From Pseudomonadota bacterium (GTDB lineage Bacteria > Desulfobacterota > Binatia > Binatales > Binataceae): a DNA stretch of 64,000 nt. Of the stretch, positions 1 through 8,476 are shown one piece after another (positions within the stretch are counted from its first letter, which is position 1; every line of letters starts with the position of its first letter). The notes beneath the pieces are model-generated. The model was given only the letters and a program-made list of their open reading frames with translations. It had not been told where the DNA came from and ran no database searches. The stretch lies in assembly GCA_021324885.1 (NCBI GenBank), contig JAJPIF010000019.1:21630-85629 (forward strand), in the 5' to 3' direction. The position numbers and the translations under genes were made by a program.

Positions 1-1857
1 GCCGCGTTCACCGCCTTGCTCGGTATCTGCGGCGCGCTGCGCGTGCGACTGCATACCGGACGCGGTCAGTTCATCGATACCTCGTTGATGGACGGAGTCG
101 CGTTCTTCACCAACATGCTCTGGCAATGGTCCGAAATGCCGGTGCCGGAGTATAACCATTTCCTCGACCACACAATTCCCTATCCGGTGTGGCTCTATGA
201 ATGCGGCGACGGCCAATGGCTCCATCATATGCGCACCGACAAGGGCGACATGTACGCGCTGGCGCGTGTGCTGGGAATTCCCAAACCCTCGCATACCACC
301 TGGCTCACCGATTCGGAGCGATGGAAGTTCAACGACCAGGTGATCGCCGCATTCAAGACCAGGCCGCGTGACGAATGGATTCCCCTGTTGCGCGCCGCCG
401 ATATCCCGGTCGAAGCCGTGATGCCGGCCGAGAGCGCCTTCGACCGCGAGCAGACCAAAGTCAATGGGATGGTTGCCGTGGTTGACGATCCGGAGCGCGG
501 CAAGGTTACGCAGATCGGAATACCAATCAGATTTTCGAAGACCACGAGCGCAATCAAAGGTCCGGCGCCGTCGCCCGGCCAGCATACCGAGGAGGTGATG
601 CGGCAACTCGGATCCGAATCCGCGCGCCCGCTCAAAACTGCGCTGCGGCGCCTGGGCCGCGACCCCCGCTCTCCGCTCGACGGCATCACGCTGCTCGACT
701 GCGGCGAGTATCTGGCGGGTCCGTTCGGTCCGATGGCGCTGGCGGATCTCGGCGCGCGCGTGATCAAAATTGAACGGCCCAAGGGCGATCGGATGCGCAC
801 CGCGGTGCCGTTTCCGCCCTTCATGGCTTGCCAGCGCGGCAAGCAGGATCTGGCCGTCGATCTGAAAGAGCCCGAAGGCCTGGAGATTTTCTACCGTCTG
901 GTCGAGCGCGCCGACGCGGTCCATCACAACCAGCGCCCCGGCGTCGCCGAACGGCTGAAAATCGATTACGAAACCCTGAGGAAAATCAAACCCGACCTCA
1001 TCTACACGCACAGCGCCGCCTACGGAACGCGCGGCCCGGACGCGATGATGGGCGGATACGATCAACTCTTCGCCGCGATGTGTGGGATGGAATACATGGG
1101 CGGCGGCGATGGGAATCCGCCGATATGGAATCGGCTCGGCACGGTGGACGCCGGCGGCGCCACGCTTTCCGCGATTGCCACCGTGATGGCGATCTATTAT
1201 CGCGACTTGACCGGCGAAGGACAGTTCGTTGACGGGTCATTGCTCAATGCCGGACTGTGGTACAACTCCGACGCCTTTGTAACGGCCAACAAAGAAATAC
1301 GCCGGCGTCCCACGCTGGATCGCAATCAGACCGGAATCAGCGCCGGGTATCGCATGTACGAAACCTCCTCCGGATGGATCTGCGTGGCGGCGCTGTTCGA
1401 GCCGCAGTGGCGCGCGTTCTGTGATGTGGTCGGGCATCCGGAACTCGCATCCAATCCTCGCTACAGCTCGCATTACGGGCGCATAGATTATCGCGACGAG
1501 TTGGCCGCTATTCTGGAGCCGGTCTTTAGAACGCGCACGGCCCAGGAATGGTTCGAGCGGCTGGATCGCGCGGGCGTGCCCTGTGAGGTCTCCAATGAAG
1601 GCTACTGGAGAAAATTCCTCCAGGACGAATGGAGCCTCAAAAGCGAGCGCGTCGTGGAATATTACCAGGGCGATCTGTTTGGCAAATTGCGCCAGTTCGG
1701 CAAAACGATCCGGCTGTCGCAGACGCCGCAATTCATTCAGGGCCCGCCGCCTAGAATCGGCGAGGATACGCGCGCGATCCTGACCGAGTTAGGCTACAGC
1801 CCTCAGGAGCAGGAGACGTTGAAAACCAAAGGCATCGTAGCCTGGCCCGCCGAATGA
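1..1857 (+). CDS. Family III CoA-transferase (CaiB/BaiF-like) with two tandem transferase domains in one frame; 5' end runs off the window
   Basis: Frame 1 is open from nt 1; the track ORF 16..1857 starts at an internal TTG. The first ~200 aa look like the C-terminal part of a CaiB/BaiF fold ending ...GQHTEEVMRQLG. After a linker comes a complete second domain with ITLLDCGEYLAGPFGPMALADLGARVIKIERPKGD and GGYDQLFAAMCG. Confidence 0.8.
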   Translation, partial: AAFTALLGICGALRVRLHTGRGQFIDTSLMDGVAFFTNMLWQWSEMPVPEYNHFLDHTIPYPVWLYECGDGQWLHHMRTDKGDMYALARVLGIPKPSHTTWLTDSERWKFNDQVIAAFKTRPRDEWIPLLRAADIPVEAVMPAESAFDREQTKVNGMVAVVDDPERGKVTQIGIPIRFSKTTSAIKGPAPSPGQHTEEVMRQLGSESARPLKTALRRLGRDPRSPLDGITLLDCGEYLAGPFGPMALADLGARVIKIERPKGDRMRTAVPFPPFMACQRGKQDLAVDLKEPEGLEIFYRLVERADAVHHNQRPGVAERLKIDYETLRKIKPDLIYTHSAAYGTRGPDAMMGGYDQLFAAMCGMEYMGGGDGNPPIWNRLGTVDAGGATLSAIATVMAIYYRDLTGEGQFVDGSLLNAGLWYNSDAFVTANKEIRRRPTLDRNQTGISAGYRMYETSSGWICVAALFEPQWRAFCDVVGHPELASNPRYSSHYGRIDYRDELAAILEPVFRTRTAQEWFERLDRAGVPCEVSNEGYWRKFLQDEWSLKSERVVEYYQGDLFGKLRQFGKTIRLSQTPQFIQGPPPRIGEDTRAILTELGYSPQEQETLKTKGIVAWPAE

Positions 1858-1877
1858 TTTCTTTTTCCCGATCCGGT

Positions 1878-1901
1878 GCGCAGGCACGATTGTTCCTGCG
1901 C
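1878..1901. terminator. Candidate bidirectional hairpin between convergent genes
   Basis: GCGCAGG (1878-1884) and CCTGCGC (1895-1901) form a 7 bp stem with a 10 nt loop. It sits between the stops of the CoA-transferase (+) and the Mo-hydroxylase (-). There is no clear U-tract. Confidence 0.3.
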
Positions 1902-1909
1902 TGAAGTCG

Positions 1910-4162
1910 CTACTTGTTCTTCATCGCCTTGAGCAGACGCGGCGGCGACATCGGCAGTTCCTGCATCCGCACGCCGGTTGCGCGATAGATCGCGTTGGCA
2001 ACTGCGGCCGGCGGCGGGACGATCGATACTTCGCCCACACCGCGAATGCCCAGGGGATTGTCGGGGCTTGGCACCTCGACGACTACCGTTTCGATCAACG
2101 GCAGATCCAGACAAGTCGGCATCCGGTAGTCCAGAAATCCTGTGTTTCTCAGGTTGCCCCTGGTGTCGTACACATATTCCTCGTTGAGCGCCCAGCCCAG
2201 CCCCTGCGCAGTCCCACCTTGCATCTGTCCCTCGACATAGCTGGGATGGATCGCTTTGCCCGCCTCCTGCGCGACCGTGGCGCGCAGGATTTGAACCTTG
2301 CCGGTCTCGGGGTCGACCTCGACGTCCACGCAGCAGCCGGCGAACGTTCCCACGCCGCCCCGCGCACTCACCCCGGCGCGCCCGCTTACGGGGCCGCCGG
2401 TGCGTCCGAACTTGGCGGCCAGTTCTTTGATCGTCATCGGCGGCACGCCATTGTTTTTCGAAATCAGCTTGCCATCGACGAAATCGACGTCTTCGGGCTT
2501 GATTTGCCACAGCCGGGCAGCGCGATCCTTGAGTTGACGCACCGCATCGCGCGCCGCTTCGTACACCGCAGCTCCGGTCGAATGAGTCGTGCGGCTGCCG
2601 CCGGTCATCGCCGTGTAGCCAATCGAATCGGTGTCAGCGACCATGGGCCGGACGTCGCTCGCCTGAAGGCCCAGCACTTCCGCCGCTATCATCGCCATCG
2701 AGGCGCGGCTCCCGCCGATATCGACCGAACCGGTCACGACGCTGGCGGTGCCGTCGTTATGAACATTGACTACCGCCGAGGATTGGCCGCCGGCATGGAA
2801 CCATACCCCGAAAGCCACGCCGCGTCCGCGGTTGCGTCCGTGCAGTTTGGACTTGTAATGATCGCTGTTCTTGAGCGCGCGGCAGGTTTCGATGAAACCG
2901 ATACGTTTGTAGGGCGGACCGAAGGGGCGCGGGCTGCCCGCTTTAACGCCGTTGTTGATGCGAAAATCGATTGGATCCACGCCGCATTTCTCGGCCAGTT
3001 CGTCCAGCACGGTTTCCACCGCGAAAGCCGCGTTGGTCGCGCCCGGAGCGCGATAGGCCGCGGTCTTCGGCTTGTTGACCAACACGTCGTAGCCGTCAAT
3101 CAGGAAATTGGGAACTTCGTAGCAGCTAATCGCGGTCATACAACCAGCGCCCACCGGCGAACCCGGAAACGCGCCGGCTTCATACGCCAGCCACACCTGC
3201 GCTGCGGTCAGCTTGCCGTCTTTGCTGGCGCCGATTTTGACTTTAATCGACGAGCCTGAAGTCGGTCCGGTGGCGCGCAGGACCTCGGAGCGGCTCATCA
3301 CGAACTTCACCGGATGGCCGGTTTTCTTCGACAGCAGCAGCGCCAGCGGTTCCATGTAAATCACCAGCTTGCCGCCGAAGCCGCCGCCGATTTCCGCCGG
3401 CACAACCTTGAGTTCGCCTTCGGGCATCCCGGCCACCAGCGCGGTCAACTGCCGCGCCTCGAACGGCGACTGCGTCGACGTGTAAACGGTCGCATGGCCG
3501 TCGGGATTGTAAACCGCCAGCGCATTGTGCGGTTCGATATACCCCTGATGGACCATCTGCGTTTCAAACTGGCGCTCGACGATGTAGTCCGCCTGCTTGA
3601 AGCCCTCCTCGAGGTTGCCGCCCTTGAACTGGATATGACTGGCGACGTTGGTAGGCTTATCGGGCGATTCCTTGGTGCGGCGCTCCGGATGCAGAATCGG
3701 GGCATCGGGCGCCATCGCTTCGTGCACATTCATGACCGGCGCCAGAACTTCGTACTCGACCTCGATCAAAGAGAGCGCTTCCTCGGCGATATGCGGTGAG
3801 GTCGCGGCCACTGCTGCCACCGGATGGCCGTCATAAAGGACCTTGCCGCGCGCCAGGATGTTGAGCGCGGTATGGCGCAGGTTGGTTGGCACCTCGCCAA
3901 TCGGTTCGGCCTTGTCGGGCAGTTCGGGAAGATCCTCTCCGGTCAGCACCGCCTTGACACCCGGCAACCTCAGCGCCCTGTCCACGTTGATCGATTTGAT
4001 GATCGCGTGAGCATGCGGGCTGCGCAGGATCTTCCCATGCAGCATGTCGGGAAAGGCATAATCCGCTCCGTACTTGGCGCGGCCCGTGACCTTGTCCACG
4101 CCGTCATGGCGCACGGGACGCGTTCCGATAACCCTGAATTCCTGTGTCGCTTCTTCAGCCAT
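1910..4162 (-). CDS. Xanthine dehydrogenase / aldehyde oxidase / CoxL-family molybdopterin-binding large subunit
   Basis: 750 aa. N-terminus FRVIGTRPVRHDGVDKVTGRAKYGADY is typical of Mo-hydroxylase large subunits. Length and the C-terminal GIRGVGEVSIVPPPAAVANAIYRATG also fit. Confidence 0.85.
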   Translation of the reverse strand: MAEEATQEFRVIGTRPVRHDGVDKVTGRAKYGADYAFPDMLHGKILRSPHAHAIIKSINVDRALRLPGVKAVLTGEDLPELPDKAEPIGEVPTNLRHTALNILARGKVLYDGHPVAAVAATSPHIAEEALSLIEVEYEVLAPVMNVHEAMAPDAPILHPERRTKESPDKPTNVASHIQFKGGNLEEGFKQADYIVERQFETQMVHQGYIEPHNALAVYNPDGHATVYTSTQSPFEARQLTALVAGMPEGELKVVPAEIGGGFGGKLVIYMEPLALLLSKKTGHPVKFVMSRSEVLRATGPTSGSSIKVKIGASKDGKLTAAQVWLAYEAGAFPGSPVGAGCMTAISCYEVPNFLIDGYDVLVNKPKTAAYRAPGATNAAFAVETVLDELAEKCGVDPIDFRINNGVKAGSPRPFGPPYKRIGFIETCRALKNSDHYKSKLHGRNRGRGVAFGVWFHAGGQSSAVVNVHNDGTASVVTGSVDIGGSRASMAMIAAEVLGLQASDVRPMVADTDSIGYTAMTGGSRTTHSTGAAVYEAARDAVRQLKDRAARLWQIKPEDVDFVDGKLISKNNGVPPMTIKELAAKFGRTGGPVSGRAGVSARGGVGTFAGCCVDVEVDPETGKVQILRATVAQEAGKAIHPSYVEGQMQGGTAQGLGWALNEEYVYDTRGNLRNTGFLDYRMPTCLDLPLIETVVVEVPSPDNPLGIRGVGEVSIVPPPAAVANAIYRATGVRMQELPMSPPRLLKAMKNK

Positions 4163-4363
4163 GGCTCAGTCTCCTCGGCGCGGCCAAGTTACCACTATCT
4201 CCAGACTGACACCATGAGAAAGTCGCGTCTACTGCGCAGCAGCAAAGTCGCTGCCGCCATTGGCCTGCAGCTGAAAACGGAAACCGCTCGCTCATCGCGG
4301 CGGCACGCAACCACAGCAATGAACGAGCGGAATTGGGTAAAGACAAGCGATCTTTGTCGCGCG

Positions 4364-4657
4364 CTATTTACGATCGATTTCGCTCATGACGTCGAGCGTG
4401 GTGGATTCGATCAAATCGCCCAGCTTGGAGCGCATTTCCGCCATGTGGGGCGTCTTGCCATGAAAATCCAACGCTTCCTTGTCGGCGTAAACCTCGTAAA
4501 ATGCAAACTGGGTCGGATCTTTGAGCGCGCGATGCAGGATGTACTGCTGACAGCCGGGTTCGGTGCGCACTTTCTTGATCATTTCGCGAAATGCCGACTC
4601 CAGTTCCTGCTCGCGTCCCGCCTTGGCCTTCATCCTTGCTATTATAACGATTGCCAT
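4364..4657 (-). CDS. Antibiotic-biosynthesis-monooxygenase (ABM) domain protein
   Basis: Start taken at the internal ATG (MAIVIIARMKAKAGREQELE...), preceded by AGGAGAGG. About 97 aa with a ferredoxin-like ABM pattern (...FYEVYADKEALDFHGKTPHM...). Confidence 0.75.
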   Translation of the reverse strand: MAIVIIARMKAKAGREQELESAFREMIKKVRTEPGCQQYILHRALKDPTQFAFYEVYADKEALDFHGKTPHMAEMRSKLGDLIESTTLDVMSEIDRK

Positions 4658-4814
4658 CAAGTCCTCTCCTGGCTGAATTCCGCCGCCGCCGCGGCGCGCT
4701 AAGCATATGGGGGCGTTTGTATCCGCTGCCTTGCCCTTTTGCAAGCCGCGGATGATTGTTATCGATTACTGATTGGGTCCGGCGCGGCAGCCGGAACAAC
4801 GGAGGGTCCTCGCG

Positions 4815-5954
4815 ATGCTGGGTTTTGATCTGACCGAAGAGCAGCAGCAGCTCAAGGCTTTGGCGCGCAGATTCACAGAGCAGGAAATCATTCCGCGTGC
4901 GCGCAAGTACGACGAGGAAGCGATCTTTCCCCGCGATGTATGCGAAAAGGCGTTTGCCGCGGGCCTCATCAATTTCGCCGTTCCCAAAGAACTGGGCGGC
5001 CCCGGAATGGGCGTGCTTGACGTCTGCCTGATTAGCGAGGAACTCAATTACGGATGCTCGGGCATCGCCAATGCGATCGCCGCGAACGACCTTGCCGTAC
5101 TCCCGCTGCTGATCGCCGGCAGCGAGGAACAAAAGCGCGCGTATCTCGGCGGTCTGATGCGGCAGCTCACCTTTTGCGCCTTTGCCATTACCGAACCGGG
5201 CGCCGGCTCTGACGTTGCCGCGATGGCCACGAGCTACCGCCGCGAGGGCGACGGCTTCGTGATAAGCGGCGTCAAGCACTTCATTTCCAACGGCTCGATG
5301 GCCGATTGGTACACCATGTTCGCCACCTCCGACCGCCGCCTGCGCCATAAGGGGATTTCCTGCTTCGTGCTGCCCGCCGATTTGCCCGGAATCACCAAAA
5401 CCCGCATGCACGGCAAGCTCGGGCAGCGCGCGGCGGATACCGGCGAGATCGTCTTCGACAACGTGCGCGTCCCCGCCAGCGCGCTGGTCGGAAGCGAAGG
5501 GCAGGGCTTCGAGTACGCGATGAAGACGTTCGAGCGCAGCCGTCCACAAATCGGCGCGATCGCCACCGGCGTCGCGCAGCGGGCGCTGGACGAGTGCATC
5601 AAGTACGCCAAACAGCGCAGCGCATTCGGACAGCCGATCGCGAATTTCCAGGCCTTGCAGTTCATGATGGCGGACATGGCGGTGGAGATCGAGGCGATGC
5701 GGCTGCTGACCTGCAAGGCGGCATGGTCGGTGGACCAGGGAAATCCGCGCAATGTGATATCGAGTTACGCCAAGGTCTTCTCCGCCGATGCCTGCATGAA
5801 GATCACCACCGACGCGGTGCAGATCTTCGGCGGTTACGGGTACATGAACGAATACCCGGTCCAGAAGCTGATGCGCGACGCCAAGTTGTTGCAGATTTAT
5901 GAGGGCACCCAGCAGATCCAGCGAGTGGTAATCGCGCGCGAGCTGCTGAAATAA
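4815..5954 (+). CDS. Acyl-CoA dehydrogenase
   Basis: MLGFDLTEEQQQL... start after GGAGGG. ACAD motifs present: FAITEPGAGSDVAAM and YEGTQQIQRVVIAREL at the C-terminus. Confidence 0.9.
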   Translation: MLGFDLTEEQQQLKALARRFTEQEIIPRARKYDEEAIFPRDVCEKAFAAGLINFAVPKELGGPGMGVLDVCLISEELNYGCSGIANAIAANDLAVLPLLIAGSEEQKRAYLGGLMRQLTFCAFAITEPGAGSDVAAMATSYRREGDGFVISGVKHFISNGSMADWYTMFATSDRRLRHKGISCFVLPADLPGITKTRMHGKLGQRAADTGEIVFDNVRVPASALVGSEGQGFEYAMKTFERSRPQIGAIATGVAQRALDECIKYAKQRSAFGQPIANFQALQFMMADMAVEIEAMRLLTCKAAWSVDQGNPRNVISSYAKVFSADACMKITTDAVQIFGGYGYMNEYPVQKLMRDAKLLQIYEGTQQIQRVVIARELLK

Positions 5955-6069
5955 ATCCTCGCCATCTGAACGCCAAAAGAAAGCGCGCCGGCCGCCGGCT
6001 GAACGTCATCAGCCTCGGGCGGCGCCCTTTTTTGCTGCCGCCAGATGTTGCAGGCTCAGCCGATGCAAA

Positions 6070-6543
6070 TCATTCGCGGTTTCCGTAGGGATATTTCCCA
6101 TCCGCGCGCGCCACGTAGGCTTCGATCAGGAATCCGTCAGGGTCCTCGAACAAAAACATGAACCCGGGGGCGTCCTCCTCGAAATTGCCGATAGTGTGCT
6201 CCAGCACCCGCACGCCGCGCGCCTTCAGTTCCGCCATCGTCTTTTCGGGATCGGTGATGCCGACCGTGAGATGGGAAAGGCCCAGCGAATTGGTCCGCGG
6301 CCGTTCCCGCAATGGCGGGCTGGCCGGCCGATCGAAATGGATCAATTCCAGCCGGTAGCCGTCGCGCATCAGCAGCCACACGGTGAAGTCGGCCTCTTCG
6401 AATCCCATGACCTTGGCCGGGCCGCTGCGGTCATAGCGCAGCTTTGCGATTTCCTTGAACCCCAGCACATCGCGATAAAACGGCACCGATTTTTCCGGGT
6501 CTGAAATACCGATCGAAACATGCAGAAACTGAGTAATCGCCAT
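6070..6543 (-). CDS. VOC (glyoxalase/bleomycin resistance/dioxygenase) family protein
   Basis: 157 aa with two beta-alpha-beta-beta-beta modules: FLHVSIGISDPEKSVPFYRDVLGF and LSHLTVGITDPEKTMAELKARG. Confidence 0.8.
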   Translation of the reverse strand: MAITQFLHVSIGISDPEKSVPFYRDVLGFKEIAKLRYDRSGPAKVMGFEEADFTVWLLMRDGYRLELIHFDRPASPPLRERPRTNSLGLSHLTVGITDPEKTMAELKARGVRVLEHTIGNFEEDAPGFMFLFEDPDGFLIEAYVARADGKYPYGNRE

Positions 6544-6830
6544 CGCACTCTCCCTGCTGACCTGCGCGCCCGCTCAGGCTACCACAAAGCGCGCGGACCG
6601 GTGAAAACGCCCGGGCAAGTCGCGACGCCGGCGCGAGGAAGCCCCTTTAGCGATCGCTAACCCGCTTGTCAGCAAAGCGATGCAACTGCCGCTCCCACCC
6701 GCTGCCGGCCGTCCGGAGCTCGCCTGCGGTCGAGCGGTACGCATTGGGCAGCGGAGGTCTTCTGGGCTCGGTAATTCACCCGCGGGGCTGAGCAGATCGC
6801 CGCCATTTCCGGCGAAGTACCTGATTTTGA

Positions 6831-6877
6831 TTCGCGCGCCCGGAGGGATTTGAACCCCCAACCCTCGGATCCGAAGT
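6831..6877. repeat. att site (distal copy): duplicated 3' portion of tRNA-Arg
   Basis: ttcgcgcgcccggagggatttgaacccccaaccctcggatccgaagt is identical to 19941-19987. Confidence 0.85.
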
Positions 6878-6981
6878 TAGGCGAAACCCGTCCGCGATTG
6901 TCCAGAGGCTGCGTAAATCAAAGGTTTTTCAGTTACGGTACGTCCGCCGAAGTCCGCTTTGGAGCCATCGATCCTTACCCG

Positions 6982-7006
6982 TTGGCTGTCAGAATGGCTG
7001 TCAAAG
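6982..7006. repeat. 25 bp repeat, candidate integrase arm-type site (copy 1)
   Basis: ttGGCTGTCAgaatGGCTGTCAaag is identical to 19872-19896. It contains an internal direct GGCTGTCA x2. Confidence 0.45.
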
Positions 7007-7253
7007 CTTGGCCCTATTTTGGCACCGAACTTGGCACCCTATTTGGCACCAAGGTTTTCACGCTCGTGGCCGCGCGGCGCCCTGCCTTGAGTCGATTTAA
7101 CGTGCCAGAGAACGATTGCCTGATCAGTTATCTTGCCCAACGCAGACGCCAGGCCTCGGCGACTTTTGTTACCCTCCTCAGATGTCTCACAAGGTGACAA
7201 GAGTTCTTGCCCCGCAGTGCTGGGGTACGAGTACTGGCAGTCGTTCATGCCGA

Positions 7254-7934
7254 TCAAATTGAAAGCACCAACCGGCTTTGCGACGTACTTCGAAAAAAGA
7301 CTTTGCAGAAATACTCTCCGAAATCGTCGCAGTACTCGAAGATGCCCTTAACGACAAAGTCGCGCCCTCGTTTCGCAGAATCAGCCTCTCTCCTGTCGAA
7401 CCAATTTTCGAAAAGAGCGGCGCTGTCAGATTCGCCCCCAATGTCCTTAAGCCCGGCGACCAGTCTTACTTCGCCGGTTTTCGAGTCTCGCAATCTGGCC
7501 ATGTGGTGGATATCGAAACGTCCAGTGGCACCGCCGGAATGGGACAGATCAACGTTGAATCTCAGCGCCGGAAGGTGCCCACTGTTATGAAAATACAGCA
7601 CAACGCCTGACTTCTTGCTGGCTCCGTCGGCACTTTCGATGAATTGACCAACTAATCCGTCTTTTCGTCCCATGCTGACGTAAGGCCGAGCATTTGCCTG
7701 GAAAAATTGACTATTTTGATTGTCAGATTCGCGAGTAAACTCCGTATAACAGCCCACGGCCAGAAGCGTGAGAAAAAGAATGAAAAGGTTCCACTTAGCT
7801 AGGCATAAGGCCGATTCCTCGAGCCTAAGCCGTGCAATTTCAGGGTGAAGCACTGATAGCGGTTGCGTTTCCTTTCCGCGAGCAGTCTTGCGGCGCTTCC
7901 ACCTCGCCACTGCCGGGGCCCTCCTCGCCGTCAC
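7254..7934 (-). CDS. Hypothetical membrane-anchored protein (element cargo); start uncertain
   Basis: 226-codon ORF starting at GTG 7934; an alternative GTG is at 7853. One hydrophobic helix, WNLFILFLTLLAVGCY, then a ~170 aa domain with no motif I recognise. GC is visibly lower than in the flanks. Confidence 0.55.
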   Translation of the reverse strand: MTARRAPAVARWKRRKTARGKETQPLSVLHPEIARLRLEESALCLAKWNLFILFLTLLAVGCYTEFTRESDNQNSQFFQANARPYVSMGRKDGLVGQFIESADGASKKSGVVLYFHNSGHLPALRFNVDLSHSGGATGRFDIHHMARLRDSKTGEVRLVAGLKDIGGESDSAALFENWFDRREADSAKRGRDFVVKGIFEYCDDFGEYFCKVFFRSTSQSRLVLSI

Positions 7935-8050
7935 TTCACTCCCAATTTCCGCGCCTCGCGCAGCGCCACGCTACGCATCCAGGCGCTAATTCCAAGCCCG
8001 GCCTTACCAGCCGCCTCGACCAGCACGCGCTTTTGCGCGGCCATCACCAA
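7931..8050 (-). pseudogene. Possible ribbon-helix-helix (CopG/MobC-like) remnant
   Basis: Short frame (L/V)MAAQKRVLVEAAGKAGLGISAWMRSVALREARKLGVK* resembles the two helices of an RHH domain. The upstream in-frame IRPSAL could be the beta strand but has no start codon before it. The stop overlaps the GTG of the next ORF (GTGA). Confidence 0.25.
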
Positions 8051-8476
8051 GGCCGATGGCCTGATTCGGTTCGGCCGATTTCCCCGTTTCGACCCGGCGG
8101 TGGTCAGGGCTCGTATCGCAAAAGAGTTATTTGGCCGCGGGCTCGACCGGGACGGGAATCGCGAGCGGAAGCTTCACGCGGCGTGACGATTGAAATCCAC
8201 CCCAGCGCGGGGTAAAAATCCAGGACTAGCCCGTGTGAGCACCCCCTTTCTCATTGGGCTGGCAGAAGGAGCGGGGCCGGCGCCATCAGGTCCCGCTTTC
8301 TTTCCCAAAACCGCGGTAAACGCCCTTCTGCCGCGTCCGGATTCGCCGGACGATGATTTACCCGTCCGCCGCTCGAAAAGCCCAAGCCCGCCAGCGTGGC
8401 TAAGCCGCGCGCACACTTTGACGAATGCCCCTGAGCGGGAAACATCAGCGTAAGTCCATGCCGCCGCCGGCCCCGG

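Noticed and set aside
4368-5549. Long antisense/shadow ORFs opposite real genes. Examples: 4368..5549(-), 2219..3259(+), 20763..21638(-), 31157..32488(-), 37174..38367(+), 47718..49694(+), 51430..52635(+), 54101..55498(-), 56695..57717(-), 62674..63654(-).
   Set aside because: Their translations are Arg/Ala/Gly/Pro-rich low-complexity sequence. This is typical of off-frame reading in high-GC DNA. Each overlaps a gene with clear family motifs on the other strand.
6017-6033. GGGCG-g-CGCCC followed by TTTTTT after the acyl-CoA dehydrogenase gene, as an intrinsic terminator.
   Set aside because: The stem is only 5 bp with a 1 nt loop, which is sterically implausible. I cannot support it.
6850-7197. 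ORF 6850..7197 and ORF 19830..20093 share the peptide LAVRMAVK and part of a tRNA-like translation, which could hint at a duplicated gene.
   Set aside because: The shared peptide is the translation of the 25 bp arm repeat, and the att/tRNA repeat accounts for the rest. Neither ORF has an RBS or protein-like composition.
8051-8476. Short ORFs 8174..8416(-), 8190..8453(+) and 8251..8445(-) downstream of the tape-measure gene.
   Set aside because: They overlap one another, are low-complexity and have no RBS. The region is treated as non-coding or decayed.
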